DNA of 64,000 bases from Candidatus Peribacteria bacterium. GTDB lineage: Bacteria; Patescibacteriota; Gracilibacteria; Peribacterales; Peribacteraceae. Location: NCBI GenBank assembly GCA_041691135.1, contig JBEPVF010000005.1, positions 21,639 through 85,638 of the forward strand, written 5' to 3'. The notes under the pieces are model-generated. The model was not told the DNA's origin. It did not search any database and saw nothing but the letters and a program-made list of their open reading frames with translations. Each line of letters opens with the position of its first letter. Position 1 is the stretch's first letter. A program made the translations under genes and the position numbers. Shown in pieces: positions 50,188 to 61,619 of this stretch.

Positions 50188-53100
50188 CTATCGATCAGCA
50201 GATTCTTCTGCAGGCCGGATCTCATTGCCGTCTTCATCCAGCGATACGAAGCGCTTGCGGTATACCTCACCAGTGGGGATCAGGCGGCCGATAATGACGT
50301 TTTCCTTGAGGCCGGCAAGCATGTCGATGCGGCGGGTGGTGGCGGCTTCGACCAGCACGCGGATGGTTTCCTGGAAAGATGCGCCGGCCAGCCATGAATC
50401 GGTAGCCAGGGCAACGCGGGTAATACCCAGCAGCAACTGTTCGTAGGTGGAATTGCGGCCTCCTTTCACTTTGATGACGCGGTCATTCTCGTGCTGCAGT
50501 TCGCCCATGTCGGCCGTTTCGCCGGGGAGGAACTTGGTGTCGCCGGCATCGATGATACGAACCTTGCTGAACATTTTTTTGACGATGATCTCGAGGTGTT
50601 TGTCGTTGATCGTCTGACCTTGCGAGGCGTAGATGTGCTGCACTTCGCGGACGATGTAGCTCTGAACGGCGTACGCACCCTTCTTCTCGAGCAGTTCCTG
50701 CAAGTTGTAGTGACCGACGTTGAGCGCTTCGCCCGCTTCGACGACGGATCCCGTCTTCACCAGCAATGACTCGCGGGGTCCGAACTCGTGGCTGCGTTCC
50801 TGAATTTCATCGTGGCGGATGCGGACGATACCGTGTTCGATCTCGCTGATTTTGCCGCTGATCGTCACCTTCATCGTTGATTTGTCAGTGAGTGATTTGG
50901 CGATGACGGCGCGCTCTTTGACGGCCTGGCCTTTCTTCACCACCACTTCGAAGCCTGACGGAATGAAGTACGTATCTTCGCCGGGCTGCTCGGCCACAAT
51001 GAGCACGAACGTCTTGCCGCCCTGGTGTGTCACCTTCACGCGACCGGCGATATCCGAGAGCGTGGCAGGTGTGCGCGGACTGCGCGCTTCAAATAATTCT
51101 TCGACGCGGGTCAGACCTTGCGTGATGTCAGCTCCTTCGGCGACTCCTCCCATGTGGAAGGTACGCATGGTGAGCTGGGTGCCCGGTTCGCCGATGGACT
51201 GTGCGGCGATGATGCCGACCGGCGTTCCGATCTGCACCGTCTTGTTGTTGCTTAGGTCGCGGCCGTAACACTTCACACAGATACCGGCGCGTGTCTTGCA
51301 CGTCATCACCGATCGTACCTCGACGTTATCCACTTTCTGCTCATTGATCTGCTCAAGCAGCGGCGTGTCGATTTCTTCGTCCTTGTGCGCGGCAACTTTA
51401 CCGTTGATCTTCAGATCACGAGCCAGTGTGCGACCGAACAAACGATGATCGAATTTCTCGCCGATGGCGGCCGATTCCTCGCGGGTGATGATGTGACCGA
51501 CTTCGGAACCGCAGTCTTCTTCGCGGATGATGATGTCCTGCACAGCATCGACCAGACGGCGTGTGAGGTAGCCGGCTTCGGCCGTCTTAAGAGCGGTGTC
51601 GGACTTACCTTTGCGTCCTCCGTGTGTGGCGATGAAGTATTCCAAGACGTTGAATCCCTCCTTGAGGTTACTCTGCACCGGCAGTTCGATCGTGCGTCCG
51701 GACGGGTTGGCAACGAGTCCTTTCATACCGGCCAGCTGCGTCACTTGTCCCCAGTTACCACGAGCGGCGCTGTCGACCACGTAGGTGATGTCGTTCTCTT
51801 CGTGCAGCAAGAATTCCTGGATCATCGCCGTGGTCACTTCGTTCTTCGTCTGGCTCCAGATGCGAATGGCATGACTGTAGCGTTCATCGGCGGTCATCAG
51901 ACCGGTGTAGTAGAAGTTGTTGATGCGCTGGATTTTCTCATTCGCCGCCTCGAGCAATTGCTTTCGCGCCTTCGGCACGATGATGTCGGACGACGCGATG
52001 GAAATACCCGAGATGGTGGCGAATTCGAAGCCGATGTCTTTGACGCGGTCGGCAAAGGCGACTGTTTCGTCGCGACCGACGATCTCGAGCGATGTGGCGA
52101 TGAGGTCGGACAAAATTTTCTTCTTCATCGTCTTGTTCACCAAACCCAACGCTTCCGGCACCGTCTCCTGGAATTTCAGGCGGCCCACGGACGTCTCGAT
52201 TATTTCGGTCGGCTGGCCCTCCTTATTCAGGTGGGTGTAGCGCACTTTGATCTTGGCTTGCAAATTAACGATACCGCGGTCGTAGGCCATAAAGGCTTCC
52301 TCCGGTGATGCGAAGACCATACCATGGCCGGTCTTGTTGTCGTGCCACTGCGTGAGGAAGTAACAACCGAGCACCATGTCTTGTACCGGGTTGATGATCG
52401 GCTCGCCAGCGGATGGCTTGAGCACGTTGTTGGCGGCGCTCATCAGCTCGGCAGCTTCCTGCTGCGCCTTGGCAGATAACGGCACGTGCACGGCCATTTG
52501 GTCACCATCGAAGTCAGCGTTGAAGGCGGCACACACCAGCGGGTGCAATTGAATGGCCAGACCTTCGACCAGCTGCGGTTGGAACGCCTGGATACCCAGA
52601 CGGTGCAGTGTCGGCGCGCGGTTGAGGAGCACGTACTTGTCTTTGATCACGTCTTCAAGAATGTCCCATACTTCCTTGGTTGATTCCTGCACTAGGCGCT
52701 CAGCGGACTTCACGTTGTGTGCCAGCTCGCCGCGGATGATGCGGCCGATGACGAACGGCTTGAACAGTTTCATTGCCATTTCCTTCGGCAGACCACATTG
52801 ATTCATGCGCAGGTGCGGACCGACGACGATCACCGAACGACCGGAGTAGTCGACGCGCTTTCCAAGCAGGTTCTGGCGGAAGCGACCCTGCTTTCCCTTC
52901 AACATGTCCGACAGCGAGCGCAGCTTGCGGCGGTCACCGGCGGTGAACAGCGTCTTGCCGGCACGGGCCGAGTTGTTGAGCAGCGTATCGACTGATTCCT
53001 GGAGCATGCGTTTCTCGTTGCGGCAGATGACTTCCGGCGCACCGATCGACATCAGTTTCTTCAAACGGTTGTTACGGTTGATGACGCGGCGGTACAAGTC

Positions 53101-54090
53101 GTTGAGGTCGGATGCGGCGAAACGGCCGCCATCCAGCTGCACCATCGGGCGCAGATCGGGCGGGATGATCGGCAAACGCGTGAGGATCACCCATTCTGGC
53201 TTGATGCCAGCTTGCATAAAGGAGCTGACGAGTTTGATGCGCTTCATAATTTTCTTCAGTTTCTGACCCGAGCTGCTCTCGCGCTCTTTATTAAGATCTT
53301 CGACCATCGTATCGAGCTGCACTGATCCGATGATCTCGCGCAATGATTCAGCACCGGTACCGGCGCGGAACACATGTCCGAATTTCATGTTCATTTCGCG
53401 GAACTTCAGTTCGGAAAGAACCGAACCGACGTGCAAATTCTTGAGGTCATCCATCGCATCTTTCTGATTGGCCTTCAATCCTTCGAGCTTGTCGGCCACT
53501 TCCTTATCAAGAGCATCGAGCTGCGCACGTGTGGCATTGCTCTCCTGCAATTTCTGCTTGGCCTCATCGTATTCGCGCTTGATCTGATTGCGGCGATTGT
53601 CGGATGCCTGGGTGATTTCCTTCTCGGCCTCAGCCTTGGAATCGTCATCGACGGCGATCACGATGTATGCGGCGAAGTAGACGATCTGTTCGAGCGTCTT
53701 GATCGGCAGGTCGAGCAACAGACCGATACGTGACGGCGAGCTGCGGAGGAACCAGATGTGCGTGACCGGCACGGCCAGGTTGATGTGGCCCATGCGTTCG
53801 CGGCGGACAATGCTGCGCGTCACCTCCACGCCGCATTTCTCGCAGACGACTCCCGAGTAGCGCACTCCTTTATACTTGCCGCAGAAACACTGGAAGTTCT
53901 TGGTGGGTCCGAAAATACGCTCACAGAACAGGCCATCCGGTTCGGCGCGCTGCGTGCGGTAGTTGACGGTCTCGGCTTTGGTCACCTCGCCACGCGACCA
54001 TGCAAGCATGTCTTCCGGCGAAGCAATGCTGAGCGCGACGGCGTCGAACGAATCGGTAGCGGCGGACTTAGGCTGATGAGGAGCGGGCAT
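50188..54090 (-). CDS. rpoC: RNA polymerase beta' subunit
   Basis: [46 protein letters not shown]. Confidence 0.99.
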   Translation of the reverse strand: MPAPHQPKSAATDSFDAVALSIASPEDMLAWSRGEVTKAETVNYRTQRAEPDGLFCERIFGPTKNFQCFCGKYKGVRYSGVVCEKCGVEVTRSIVRRERMGHINLAVPVTHIWFLRSSPSRIGLLLDLPIKTLEQIVYFAAYIVIAVDDDSKAEAEKEITQASDNRRNQIKREYDEAKQKLQESNATRAQLDALDKEVADKLEGLKANQKDAMDDLKNLHVGSVLSELKFREMNMKFGHVFRAGTGAESLREIIGSVQLDTMVEDLNKERESSSGQKLKKIMKRIKLVSSFMQAGIKPEWVILTRLPIIPPDLRPMVQLDGGRFAASDLNDLYRRVINRNNRLKKLMSIGAPEVICRNEKRMLQESVDTLLNNSARAGKTLFTAGDRRKLRSLSDMLKGKQGRFRQNLLGKRVDYSGRSVIVVGPHLRMNQCGLPKEMAMKLFKPFVIGRIIRGELAHNVKSAERLVQESTKEVWDILEDVIKDKYVLLNRAPTLHRLGIQAFQPQLVEGLAIQLHPLVCAAFNADFDGDQMAVHVPLSAKAQQEAAELMSAANNVLKPSAGEPIINPVQDMVLGCYFLTQWHDNKTGHGMVFASPEEAFMAYDRGIVNLQAKIKVRYTHLNKEGQPTEIIETSVGRLKFQETVPEALGLVNKTMKKKILSDLIATSLEIVGRDETVAFADRVKDIGFEFATISGISIASSDIIVPKARKQLLEAANEKIQRINNFYYTGLMTADERYSHAIRIWSQTKNEVTTAMIQEFLLHEENDITYVVDSAARGNWGQVTQLAGMKGLVANPSGRTIELPVQSNLKEGFNVLEYFIATHGGRKGKSDTALKTAEAGYLTRRLVDAVQDIIIREEDCGSEVGHIITREESAAIGEKFDHRLFGRTLARDLKINGKVAAHKDEEIDTPLLEQINEQKVDNVEVRSVMTCKTRAGICVKCYGRDLSNNKTVQIGTPVGIIAAQSIGEPGTQLTMRTFHMGGVAEGADITQGLTRVEELFEARSPRTPATLSDIAGRVKVTHQGGKTFVLIVAEQPGEDTYFIPSGFEVVVKKGQAVKERAVIAKSLTDKSTMKVTISGKISEIEHGIVRIRHDEIQERSHEFGPRESLLVKTGSVVEAGEALNVGHYNLQELLEKKGAYAVQSYIVREVQHIYASQGQTINDKHLEIIVKKMFSKVRIIDAGDTKFLPGETADMGELQHENDRVIKVKGGRNSTYEQLLLGITRVALATDSWLAGASFQETIRVLVEAATTRRIDMLAGLKENVIIGRLIPTGEVYRKRFVSLDEDGNEIRPAEESADR

Positions 54091-54236
54091 ACTGGGAGAG
54101 AGGAATGGAAGCTAAATTTACATATGAAATTCCGCTGCTCCCCCTATGCGTTCGTCTTAAACGCGAGGCGGAACATCGGTGAATGTGGCCCTATTATAAG
54201 GAGTAAGCCGGTGTATGCAAGGAAATATCCTCTTTT

Positions 54237-57200
54237 TTATGCCTGCAACGCCGCTTTCAGATCCAAGGCGACGGTAGCCAATTCCTCATTCGTCGTTACA
54301 TGTCGACGTTGCACACCCCCACGTACCCACAACATTCCTTTGTCTGACTTGGGAAACCAATACTTTCCTTCTTCGTCTTTTCCAGCCAATTTGGCTAGCA
54401 TATCGGGATGAAGAGCTTTCGAGAGCAGATCGTGGTCGTAACACAGATCAAATCCTGATGGATCGGTTGTCTTTTCGATCCATATTGTTTCTGCTGTTCT
54501 AAGTAATTCCTTATTCTTCTCCCACTCCACACCGTTACTGCCACCTGTCGCATTATTCGGCTTCGCCAAAACGTAACGCAATTCAATGGCAGGCATCTGG
54601 TTCGCTATGCGGCTATATTCCATAAATGCCTTATTGAACTCCGAATCACCTCTTTGAGGCCCGGCATATTTTAACGCTTCGGCTTGGAGCGCGACTGCCT
54701 GCTTTATAGTATCCGAATTCAGATTCTGGTTCCGTTTAGCTATTTCTACTAGGTACCGCGCTTTCAAAGTCAGATACCAAGGATTGGTCGGCTCCTCGTT
54801 CAAACGAGTATCAATCTTTTTTTCCTGATTTTCCAGGTCCTGTATCGTCGTATTCGCATCGGACGTCAGCGACTTTGCAATTTTATAATCAGCATCCACA
54901 GGTTCTTGCAGTGCTGCTTTCGCATCTTTCTTTACTTCTTTGTTTTCGCCAGCAGGTTTTTCCTGTTGAGCAGGTGCAGCTGCCGGCTCAACATCAGGTT
55001 GCTTCTTTTCCAAATTTTCCACACTAGCCCGGAGCGTCTTTATAAATTCTTCTTCCCAATGTAATGAACCAACGGTTGTTCTTCCGATTTCTTTGTCGTC
55101 TTTTAAAATAATTAGATCCGCTTGTAAGACACGAAGGCTCTCATCACGAATGATAATGCCAAGTTGTTTGGCCCTCTTAAACAATGGTTCATGTTTTGTT
55201 TCAAAGCTGTATTGAAAAGTTGCAGGTTCCTCCATGTATGTTTTGTTCGCGACAAATTTGTCACCATTCTCGCTGGGCACTTCCGGCTTCGGTACAGGCT
55301 GCTCTGCGGGCACTACCGCTGGTTTTGGCTCTGCCGGAACTGGTGCTTCCGGTTCAGCTGCGCCGGGCGCCACAGGGGCAGGTTTTTCGTCTTTAGCTTT
55401 GGGATTTGGCAGGTTTTTCAAATCAATCTCATTCATCGTTTTGAGAATGTCCTTCTCGAGTTGATTGAGAGTGACAGCATCAAAGTCTCTGCGCTGATAA
55501 GAAGTGATAATGTCCTGCAATGATTGATATTTTTTAAAATCGAGCGAGCGCAATCCAGCCGTGATGGCAATTTTTTCGATACCACCATGATCCTCGACCA
55601 CTCGGATAACAGGGGCATCGCTTTTCAGTTCCTTTTGGAAAAATTCTTTTGCACGCGGGAGATTTCGGAGCTCTTCGAACAAGTAACGACGAACAGTGAA
55701 TTCGGAATTCGTTTCCTCCATCGCAAATTTAGTTTTCTGAAAAATGTCGGCCAGATTTGACTCTCCTTTAGAACTAACATTCGCAAAATTAATAGGAATT
55801 TTCTGCAACTCCGCAAGGATCTCGCTGTGTATTGCCTTGAGTACCTGCGCGTCGAAAGGCGCCTTATTCGTATATTTTTCCAGAATGTTTTTTAGCGTCG
55901 GAATGCTCTGAGTATCAAAAAACTTTCCCATATGTCCGATACCGATTTTTCCTACTTTTCCATCTCTTTCGGCCACATAGATTCCTGGACCAAATGTATC
56001 CAGTTTTGCGAAGAATTTTTGCTTCACCGAATCGGGAAGTTTGGACTGGTCAATGTACGTAACAGCCTGAAAATCAGGGTTGGGCGATTCAAGATACTGA
56101 TGTTCAGTCTCGCCGATGACCATTTCAATTTTTTGTTTTAAAAATTTCTGTTGATCATTGTTGTCAGGAGTTTCTTTTGGAATTGGTTGTATCGCATCCG
56201 GATGGACTTGCTTCGGTTGCATGTTGGACTGCACAGGCGGAACCACATTGGGCACTTCCACCGATGCTGCGGGCTTTTCGGCTACCGACTGTTTTGGCTT
56301 CTGTGGCTCAGGAGTCTTTTCTTCCGGTTTTACATTCTCGGGCTGCACGGCAGGCTTGGCAGCATCGGCCGGTTGCGACGCAGGTGAAGGAGGTTTGTCG
56401 TTATTTTTTGGCTTCGGTTGGTCATCCGGCAAAGGAACAATCGGGGGTGGCTCGGCAGCGGGAACTGCAGGACGCGCTTCGGGCTCAGCAGCTGGCAGCT
56501 GAGGAAGTGTTGGTTTCGGCATCGCCGGAACGGGCCGCTCGGCAGACTGTGGTGCAGGCGGAGTTTGGATTTCCGGAACCACAGGAGATGCTGGCGGAAC
56601 AGCAACCTCTTGATCAGGCATACCACCATCGATCCCGACTTGTGCGCTAGGCCGTACTTCCCGTTGTATTTCACCTACCTCTTTAGGAACTAAAATATCT
56701 TTACGCACATACACCTGACGTCGTTGATCGAAACCGATGACATGAAATCCGGATCCTTCTTTCAAGTGGATCGTCCACCGCTTATACGGTTTACCATCGA
56801 TCACGACCGGCTCCGGCTGCTCTTTGCTGTAGCGACGGCCAGTCGCAGGATCGACGGAAAAGCTGTCGCCTCGCAGTTCGCCGCCGACGTCTCGGCTTAG
56901 ATCCCACTGGATCATCTGCACATTGGCAGGAACATCGATATCGTACGTTACGAATGATCCTTCTTTGCCAACAGGCTTGGCCGTCATATTTGTCTCTTTT
57001 TGCTCTTTCAATTTTTGATACCACTCTTTGAGCATCTGTGCGTTGGCATTCTGGAGCGCAGGATCGATGGCGCCCGGATTAAGACGTGCGAGAACATCTG
57101 CAATGGTCTTTTGCTCATTCTTTTCAATATTGTCGGCATTGTCTTTCAAAATTTGTCGTGCTGTTGCAATATATTTCTTGATACGCTCGCGCTGATCCGG

Positions 57201-57380
57201 CTCGACGCCCGATGCAAAATCGTCGATGACATGCGACAGCTGATTGATGTCTTCAACAAGTTTGCCGAGTTCTTCCACCGCTTTTTTACCATCGGCATTT
57301 TCCGCCTTCGGCGCCTCTATGGGCTCGGGAGCCTCCGCGCTTAGATATGCCAACCGTGACTCAGCGAAAAAACTTCTCAT
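54237..57380 (-). CDS. large hypothetical modular protein (Pro-rich linkers, internal duplicated domain)
   Basis: Start MRSFFAESRLAYL overlaps the upstream stop (ATGA); no Sec signal or TM seen. Confidence 0.75.
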   Translation of the reverse strand: MRSFFAESRLAYLSAEAPEPIEAPKAENADGKKAVEELGKLVEDINQLSHVIDDFASGVEPDQRERIKKYIATARQILKDNADNIEKNEQKTIADVLARLNPGAIDPALQNANAQMLKEWYQKLKEQKETNMTAKPVGKEGSFVTYDIDVPANVQMIQWDLSRDVGGELRGDSFSVDPATGRRYSKEQPEPVVIDGKPYKRWTIHLKEGSGFHVIGFDQRRQVYVRKDILVPKEVGEIQREVRPSAQVGIDGGMPDQEVAVPPASPVVPEIQTPPAPQSAERPVPAMPKPTLPQLPAAEPEARPAVPAAEPPPIVPLPDDQPKPKNNDKPPSPASQPADAAKPAVQPENVKPEEKTPEPQKPKQSVAEKPAASVEVPNVVPPVQSNMQPKQVHPDAIQPIPKETPDNNDQQKFLKQKIEMVIGETEHQYLESPNPDFQAVTYIDQSKLPDSVKQKFFAKLDTFGPGIYVAERDGKVGKIGIGHMGKFFDTQSIPTLKNILEKYTNKAPFDAQVLKAIHSEILAELQKIPINFANVSSKGESNLADIFQKTKFAMEETNSEFTVRRYLFEELRNLPRAKEFFQKELKSDAPVIRVVEDHGGIEKIAITAGLRSLDFKKYQSLQDIITSYQRRDFDAVTLNQLEKDILKTMNEIDLKNLPNPKAKDEKPAPVAPGAAEPEAPVPAEPKPAVVPAEQPVPKPEVPSENGDKFVANKTYMEEPATFQYSFETKHEPLFKRAKQLGIIIRDESLRVLQADLIILKDDKEIGRTTVGSLHWEEEFIKTLRASVENLEKKQPDVEPAAAPAQQEKPAGENKEVKKDAKAALQEPVDADYKIAKSLTSDANTTIQDLENQEKKIDTRLNEEPTNPWYLTLKARYLVEIAKRNQNLNSDTIKQAVALQAEALKYAGPQRGDSEFNKAFMEYSRIANQMPAIELRYVLAKPNNATGGSNGVEWEKNKELLRTAETIWIEKTTDPSGFDLCYDHDLLSKALHPDMLAKLAGKDEEGKYWFPKSDKGMLWVRGGVQRRHVTTNEELATVALDLKAALQA

Positions 57381-57658
57381 GCGTCGAATGACGGAAGTGA
57401 TTTTTGCTCTTCGCTGTGCTCGGCAGATTCGCGCATGGTTCGAACCTCGCGCTTCAGACAATGATCACAATCTTTCAGTTGTCTTGTCGCCTCGGCCATC
57501 AATGCATCTTTACGCTGTTGACCCTTCGTCAATTCTTCGATCACCGCCGTACGAGCTGCCGAAGAGAGCTTGCGAGCGCCCTTGGCCATCCTGTCCAAAA
57601 ACTCCTGCCCCACACAGGTGAAGCTAGGAAGAGCCGCTGTAAATTCTTTGGCTGTCAT
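57377..57658 (-). CDS. small helical hypothetical protein
   Basis: Follows extended -10 at 57678-57686; similar to 58950-59270. Confidence 0.7.
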   Translation of the reverse strand: MTAKEFTAALPSFTCVGQEFLDRMAKGARKLSSAARTAVIEELTKGQQRKDALMAEATRQLKDCDHCLKREVRTMRESAEHSEEQKSLPSFDA

Positions 57659-57722
57659 TATGGGGAGAAATCCCATAATTATAGCACAAAAATGATGTTT
57701 TAACCAGCAATGCGATTATGTC

Positions 57723-58943
57723 TTATTGGGTATTTCCACCAGATTTTTGGCCTTCAATAGCTTCCTTACGAGCCTTTGCCACTCCATTAGACTGACCTAC
57801 TTTTGGCACTGCATTGGGAGCTTTTTCCTGGTTTGTTCCGGCCTGGTTGGTAACCGCTTTTGCTTCGTTACAAAAAGCACCGCGCGTCCATCTGAGCCAA
57901 GAATTCACTTTATTCTGACCGTCTGGAATTTTGATACGATATATATTATTCGGACCTCTCTCAATGACAGTGGCATTATTCAATCCTAAGTGATCTGCAA
58001 TGAGCTTCGTGCGAAACAACTGGCGAATTACATCATAATGCATACTTTCCAAGGCTATTGTTCCATCCTTTCCGCGAAGAATTTTTACCGAAGCCATAAA
58101 AGTCTCCATAGCGTTGTGATTATTTTTCATGGAGTCAGGAAGATCATCATGAATTTTTTTCAGTTCAGCCTGAAGAGACGGATCTTCCGAAAAGTCTTCG
58201 AACTTTTCTTTTGCACTTACTGTGTGGTTTTTCTCAAAATTCTTAAAATAATCATCTTTATCAACTACGCCATTCCATTTATTCGAAGCAAGAACTGCTT
58301 CGGTTTGCCTCTCCATCTGTGTACATACTTCTGCAGCATTGTCAGTCTCGAATAATGCAACCATAGGGATTTGATAGACGCCTTTTTCATCAAGGCGAAT
58401 CACACGATCACCTCGATATAAATTTCCAGCTTGATCCAATTGATATCCAACGGATTGATTGACTTTTGCGACATCAGCATTGGCATCAGTGAAGCAGAAA
58501 ATTTGATTACCTTCTCGATAAAACCTCACGGTCTTCGACATGCGACCTAGGGGGGTGTCATCCAAAATACTTGCATCGACTTCCTTTATCCTATCGCGAA
58601 GTTCGTCTGATTTCTTATTGAGCATTTCAACGTCTTTATCGAGATTTTCGTTGCCTTCAGCAGCCTTTTCCTTCCTATCGGCTTCGGGTTGCTTTGCATT
58701 CTTTATAGCTTTTTTTTGAACTTCGGCCACTTGAGGTGTTTCCGGAGCGCCTCCTTTTTTAGGATCCAGGTCCTGAGCTTCTTTTTTTGCCTTCTTGGCC
58801 GCGACATTATTATTGTCGATTACTTCTTGTTTTTCATTCGGTCCCACTGGCCCAGCAGGCATGGAGTCCGCTTGAGGTCCCAAATGAAGTAAGCGCCGCT
58901 CTTTTACAAGAGACAACTGTGGGATATAGAGTCGAGTATTCAT
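57723..58943 (-). CDS. hypothetical charged protein with N-terminal ERRLLHL motif
   Basis: 406 aa, AT-rich, 6 nt after the upstream small gene. Confidence 0.75.
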   Translation of the reverse strand: MNTRLYIPQLSLVKERRLLHLGPQADSMPAGPVGPNEKQEVIDNNNVAAKKAKKEAQDLDPKKGGAPETPQVAEVQKKAIKNAKQPEADRKEKAAEGNENLDKDVEMLNKKSDELRDRIKEVDASILDDTPLGRMSKTVRFYREGNQIFCFTDANADVAKVNQSVGYQLDQAGNLYRGDRVIRLDEKGVYQIPMVALFETDNAAEVCTQMERQTEAVLASNKWNGVVDKDDYFKNFEKNHTVSAKEKFEDFSEDPSLQAELKKIHDDLPDSMKNNHNAMETFMASVKILRGKDGTIALESMHYDVIRQLFRTKLIADHLGLNNATVIERGPNNIYRIKIPDGQNKVNSWLRWTRGAFCNEAKAVTNQAGTNQEKAPNAVPKVGQSNGVAKARKEAIEGQKSGGNTQ

Positions 58944-58949
58944 AGGAAT

Positions 58950-59270
58950 TTAGGAAGATAAAGATTGTTCTAAAGCTGTCATCATTGCTGCCTCCTTGGC
59001 ACGATCTTCCTCTTCGGATCGTTCTCTCATATCGCGCTTATACTCAGTGACACCATTATGAAATGCATTTAAATACTTCACTTTCCGCTTCTCATACAGG
59101 GCAAACGCTCGTTCATATTTTTGCATCCGTGCGGTGCGTTCAATAATTGATTCATCCCTGTATTTCTGATCCAGCTTCTTGACGTTTTCACTCGTTAACT
59201 CCGACTCGATATCTTCCATCAACGCATCGTAGACCTCCGTGCCTGTCATAAGTGTGGCTTGATCCGACAT
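58950..59270 (-). CDS. small helical hypothetical protein
   Basis: Follows extended -10 at 59297-59305; similar to 57377-57658. Confidence 0.75.
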   Translation of the reverse strand: MSDQATLMTGTEVYDALMEDIESELTSENVKKLDQKYRDESIIERTARMQKYERAFALYEKRKVKYLNAFHNGVTEYKRDMRERSEEEDRAKEAAMMTALEQSLSS

Positions 59271-59375
59271 GAAATTTGATGTGAATGTTCGTCTCTATTA
59301 TAGCAAATTTTCATACCTATGACAATTCTGCATTATTTGATCTAACGGGAGCATTCTTTTGAACAAATTTTGTAC

Positions 59376-59669
59376 TCAATGTACAGCTTCCTGGAGATTC
59401 TGCTTAGCCTCATTAAGCTGCTGGATGCCTTTATTGAGCTTATCTGCCCGTTCCTGCAATTTTTGGGCTTCGGTTTGAGCGGTCGTGATCCCCTCTTTTG
59501 CCAGCTCGGTCGCGGTCTGGACGGTAGTTTTGGCCGTATCGACTGCTTGGGTGGCAGTCCCCGTTACATCACCCAAAAACTTGGTGGCACGCGCTTGGCG
59601 TTCTTCGGTAGTGCCACTACAGGCCGTAAGCAAAAGTATGGCTGATCCGATCAGAACAAGTTTCTTCAT
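59376..59669 (-). CDS. small lipoprotein
   Basis: MKK + hydrophobic stretch + LTAC lipobox; Thr/Ala-rich helix. Confidence 0.8.
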   Translation of the reverse strand: MKKLVLIGSAILLLTACSGTTEERQARATKFLGDVTGTATQAVDTAKTTVQTATELAKEGITTAQTEAQKLQERADKLNKGIQQLNEAKQNLQEAVH

Positions 59670-59739
59670 ATCACGATGAAATCACAAAGTCGGATGAGTC
59701 GCCATTGCTGAGTGGTCTGCACTGATTTCTGATCACTCT

Positions 59740-60126
59740 TTAGGCGATATCGGTCGGCACTTCTTCGTCTTCGATACTTTCGTCGCCATACTTGTTGAAG
59801 AGCTTTTCGAATGAGCCGCTGCACTGATCCAGCGCTTCACGCAGCTGGGTGATCTCATCTTCGTTCAAATGGAGAGCGGAGGATGCGTTGACCATGCCGA
59901 CTTTCTTGGTAGCTGGCGTTTGAATCTTATCGGCGCCCTGCAAGGAAGCATGGAGAACGATGTACGCATCGCAAGTATCGCACTTCAGCTGAAGGAGCAG
60001 GAAATCATCGGCCGCCAAACGGACTGACGAAAAATCGACGGGCACGCGCTTGCTGCACTGCGGACAACGCATCTGCTGGTAGATTCTCTGGATAATCTGC
60101 TGAAGAGTATGTGGGTCGAGATCCAT
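59740..60126 (-). CDS. hypothetical zinc-ribbon protein
   Basis: CPQC...CDTC; start MDLDPHT. Confidence 0.7.
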   Translation of the reverse strand: MDLDPHTLQQIIQRIYQQMRCPQCSKRVPVDFSSVRLAADDFLLLQLKCDTCDAYIVLHASLQGADKIQTPATKKVGMVNASSALHLNEDEITQLREALDQCSGSFEKLFNKYGDESIEDEEVPTDIA

Positions 60127-60205
60127 AGAATTGGAGTGTAGCACCGGCTTTTCGGCTGTCCACCAGCTCTCCTCTTTTTTCCGTCCGGGCGCTACCATCC
60201 TATCC

Positions 60206-60736
60206 ATGGCATCCGTAGCCCGAGCATCGGCCGAACGGCAAAGCGCGGCCGGGGTGCTGAGCACCTTGGTCATCGTGACGCTCGTATTGATACTGGCATC
60301 ACAGGGAAGAAAATCGCGAGCGGAACTTCCCACTACTCCCCCGGCACCATCAGTCAGCTTGGCTGTCGATCACACCGCGCCTCTCAGTGTCACGATCGTC
60401 GCGGGCAATCGCAACGATAAGAGCATCGTTGATCTATCGCACGACGGCGCGCAGGCGGTGAGCATCACGTTGCCTTCCACTTGGAAAATCCGCGAAGTCC
60501 GCCACGCCGCATTGATCGACCTGCGGTCGGGGCCTGACGAGAACGGACGTACCATTTGGTCAATTCCGCCGAAGGCCACTGTCTCTTTCGAAGCACCCGA
60601 ACGCATCAGCTCGATCCGCATCACGAACCCCACCAAAGTGCCGCTTCAAATCGCACTCACACTTCTCGATCTCGCGACCGGCAAAAAGGACGAGACGAGT
60701 ATTCTCCTGAAAGACGCACCGGCTACGATTCCCTAA
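60206..60736 (+). CDS. hypothetical membrane-anchored beta-rich protein
   Basis: N-terminal TM helix, beta-strand-like remainder. Confidence 0.65.
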   Translation: MASVARASAERQSAAGVLSTLVIVTLVLILASQGRKSRAELPTTPPAPSVSLAVDHTAPLSVTIVAGNRNDKSIVDLSHDGAQAVSITLPSTWKIREVRHAALIDLRSGPDENGRTIWSIPPKATVSFEAPERISSIRITNPTKVPLQIALTLLDLATGKKDETSILLKDAPATIP

Positions 60737-60781
60737 ACAAGTAATTTTCAATTGTACATTATTAATCTTTCATTCCGTACC

Positions 60782-61552
60782 ATGCTCACCCTTCCCGTCC
60801 CCACTGCACTGCTCAAACCCAGCGATGATCTGGCCATCGCCATCGCCAACAGTGTTGTATTACAGACAGGTGATATTGTCATCGTGTCATCGAAAGCGGT
60901 TGCGACAGTAGAGAACGCATACATTCAGCTCGACCACATACAGCCGTCAGCAGAAGCGATTGAATGGAGTGAAAAAACAAGACGGAGCCCGGCCTTCTGC
61001 CAGGCTGTGCTCGACGAAACGACCGCGCGCGGCGGCAAAGTGGTGGGCCATTGTCCCGGTGCATTGCTCACCGAACTGTGCCCATCGGGTCTGGGCCACG
61101 GCAGTATTCTGATCGCCGATGCCGGTCTGGACGAATCGAATGCACCGCACGGCATCACCGTCGGCTGGCCGATTGATCCAGTGACATCCACGAAAAAACT
61201 ACGCATCGCTCTCGAAGCAACTCTTCAGTCGACTGGCAACGTGGCCGTCATCATGACCGACTCGTGTGTGCATCCCCGGCGCCGCGGTGTCCTTGCCTTC
61301 GCACTCACCGTAAGCGGCATCGATCCGCTGCAGAGCGAGGTCGGCAAGTTGGACGTGTTCGGCAAACCGCTCCACATCACCACCGAAGCCATCGCCGATC
61401 AACTGGCAACCGTCGGAAACTTCCTGATGGGCAACGCCGGACAATCGACTCCCGCCGCCATCATCCGCGATCACGGTCTGCAACTGAGTGCGGCCGAAGG
61501 ATGGGTCCCCGCCATCGAACCCAGCGAAGACCTCTTCCGCGGGATACTCTGA
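60782..61552 (+). CDS. coenzyme F420-0:L-glutamate ligase (CofE)-like protein
   Basis: GDIVIVSSKAV, AGLDESN, VIMTDS..PRRRG, DVFGKPL, IADQLA..MG. Confidence 0.88.
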   Translation: MLTLPVPTALLKPSDDLAIAIANSVVLQTGDIVIVSSKAVATVENAYIQLDHIQPSAEAIEWSEKTRRSPAFCQAVLDETTARGGKVVGHCPGALLTELCPSGLGHGSILIADAGLDESNAPHGITVGWPIDPVTSTKKLRIALEATLQSTGNVAVIMTDSCVHPRRRGVLAFALTVSGIDPLQSEVGKLDVFGKPLHITTEAIADQLATVGNFLMGNAGQSTPAAIIRDHGLQLSAAEGWVPAIEPSEDLFRGIL

Positions 61553-61619
61553 TCAAAAAAGAACTTCCATACTTCCCAAATTATTAATTCCGCCATTTCA
61601 TCCGCTATAGTTCGCACTC

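Noticed and set aside
51385-52308. 307-aa + strand ORF
   Set aside because: Antisense shadow of rpoC
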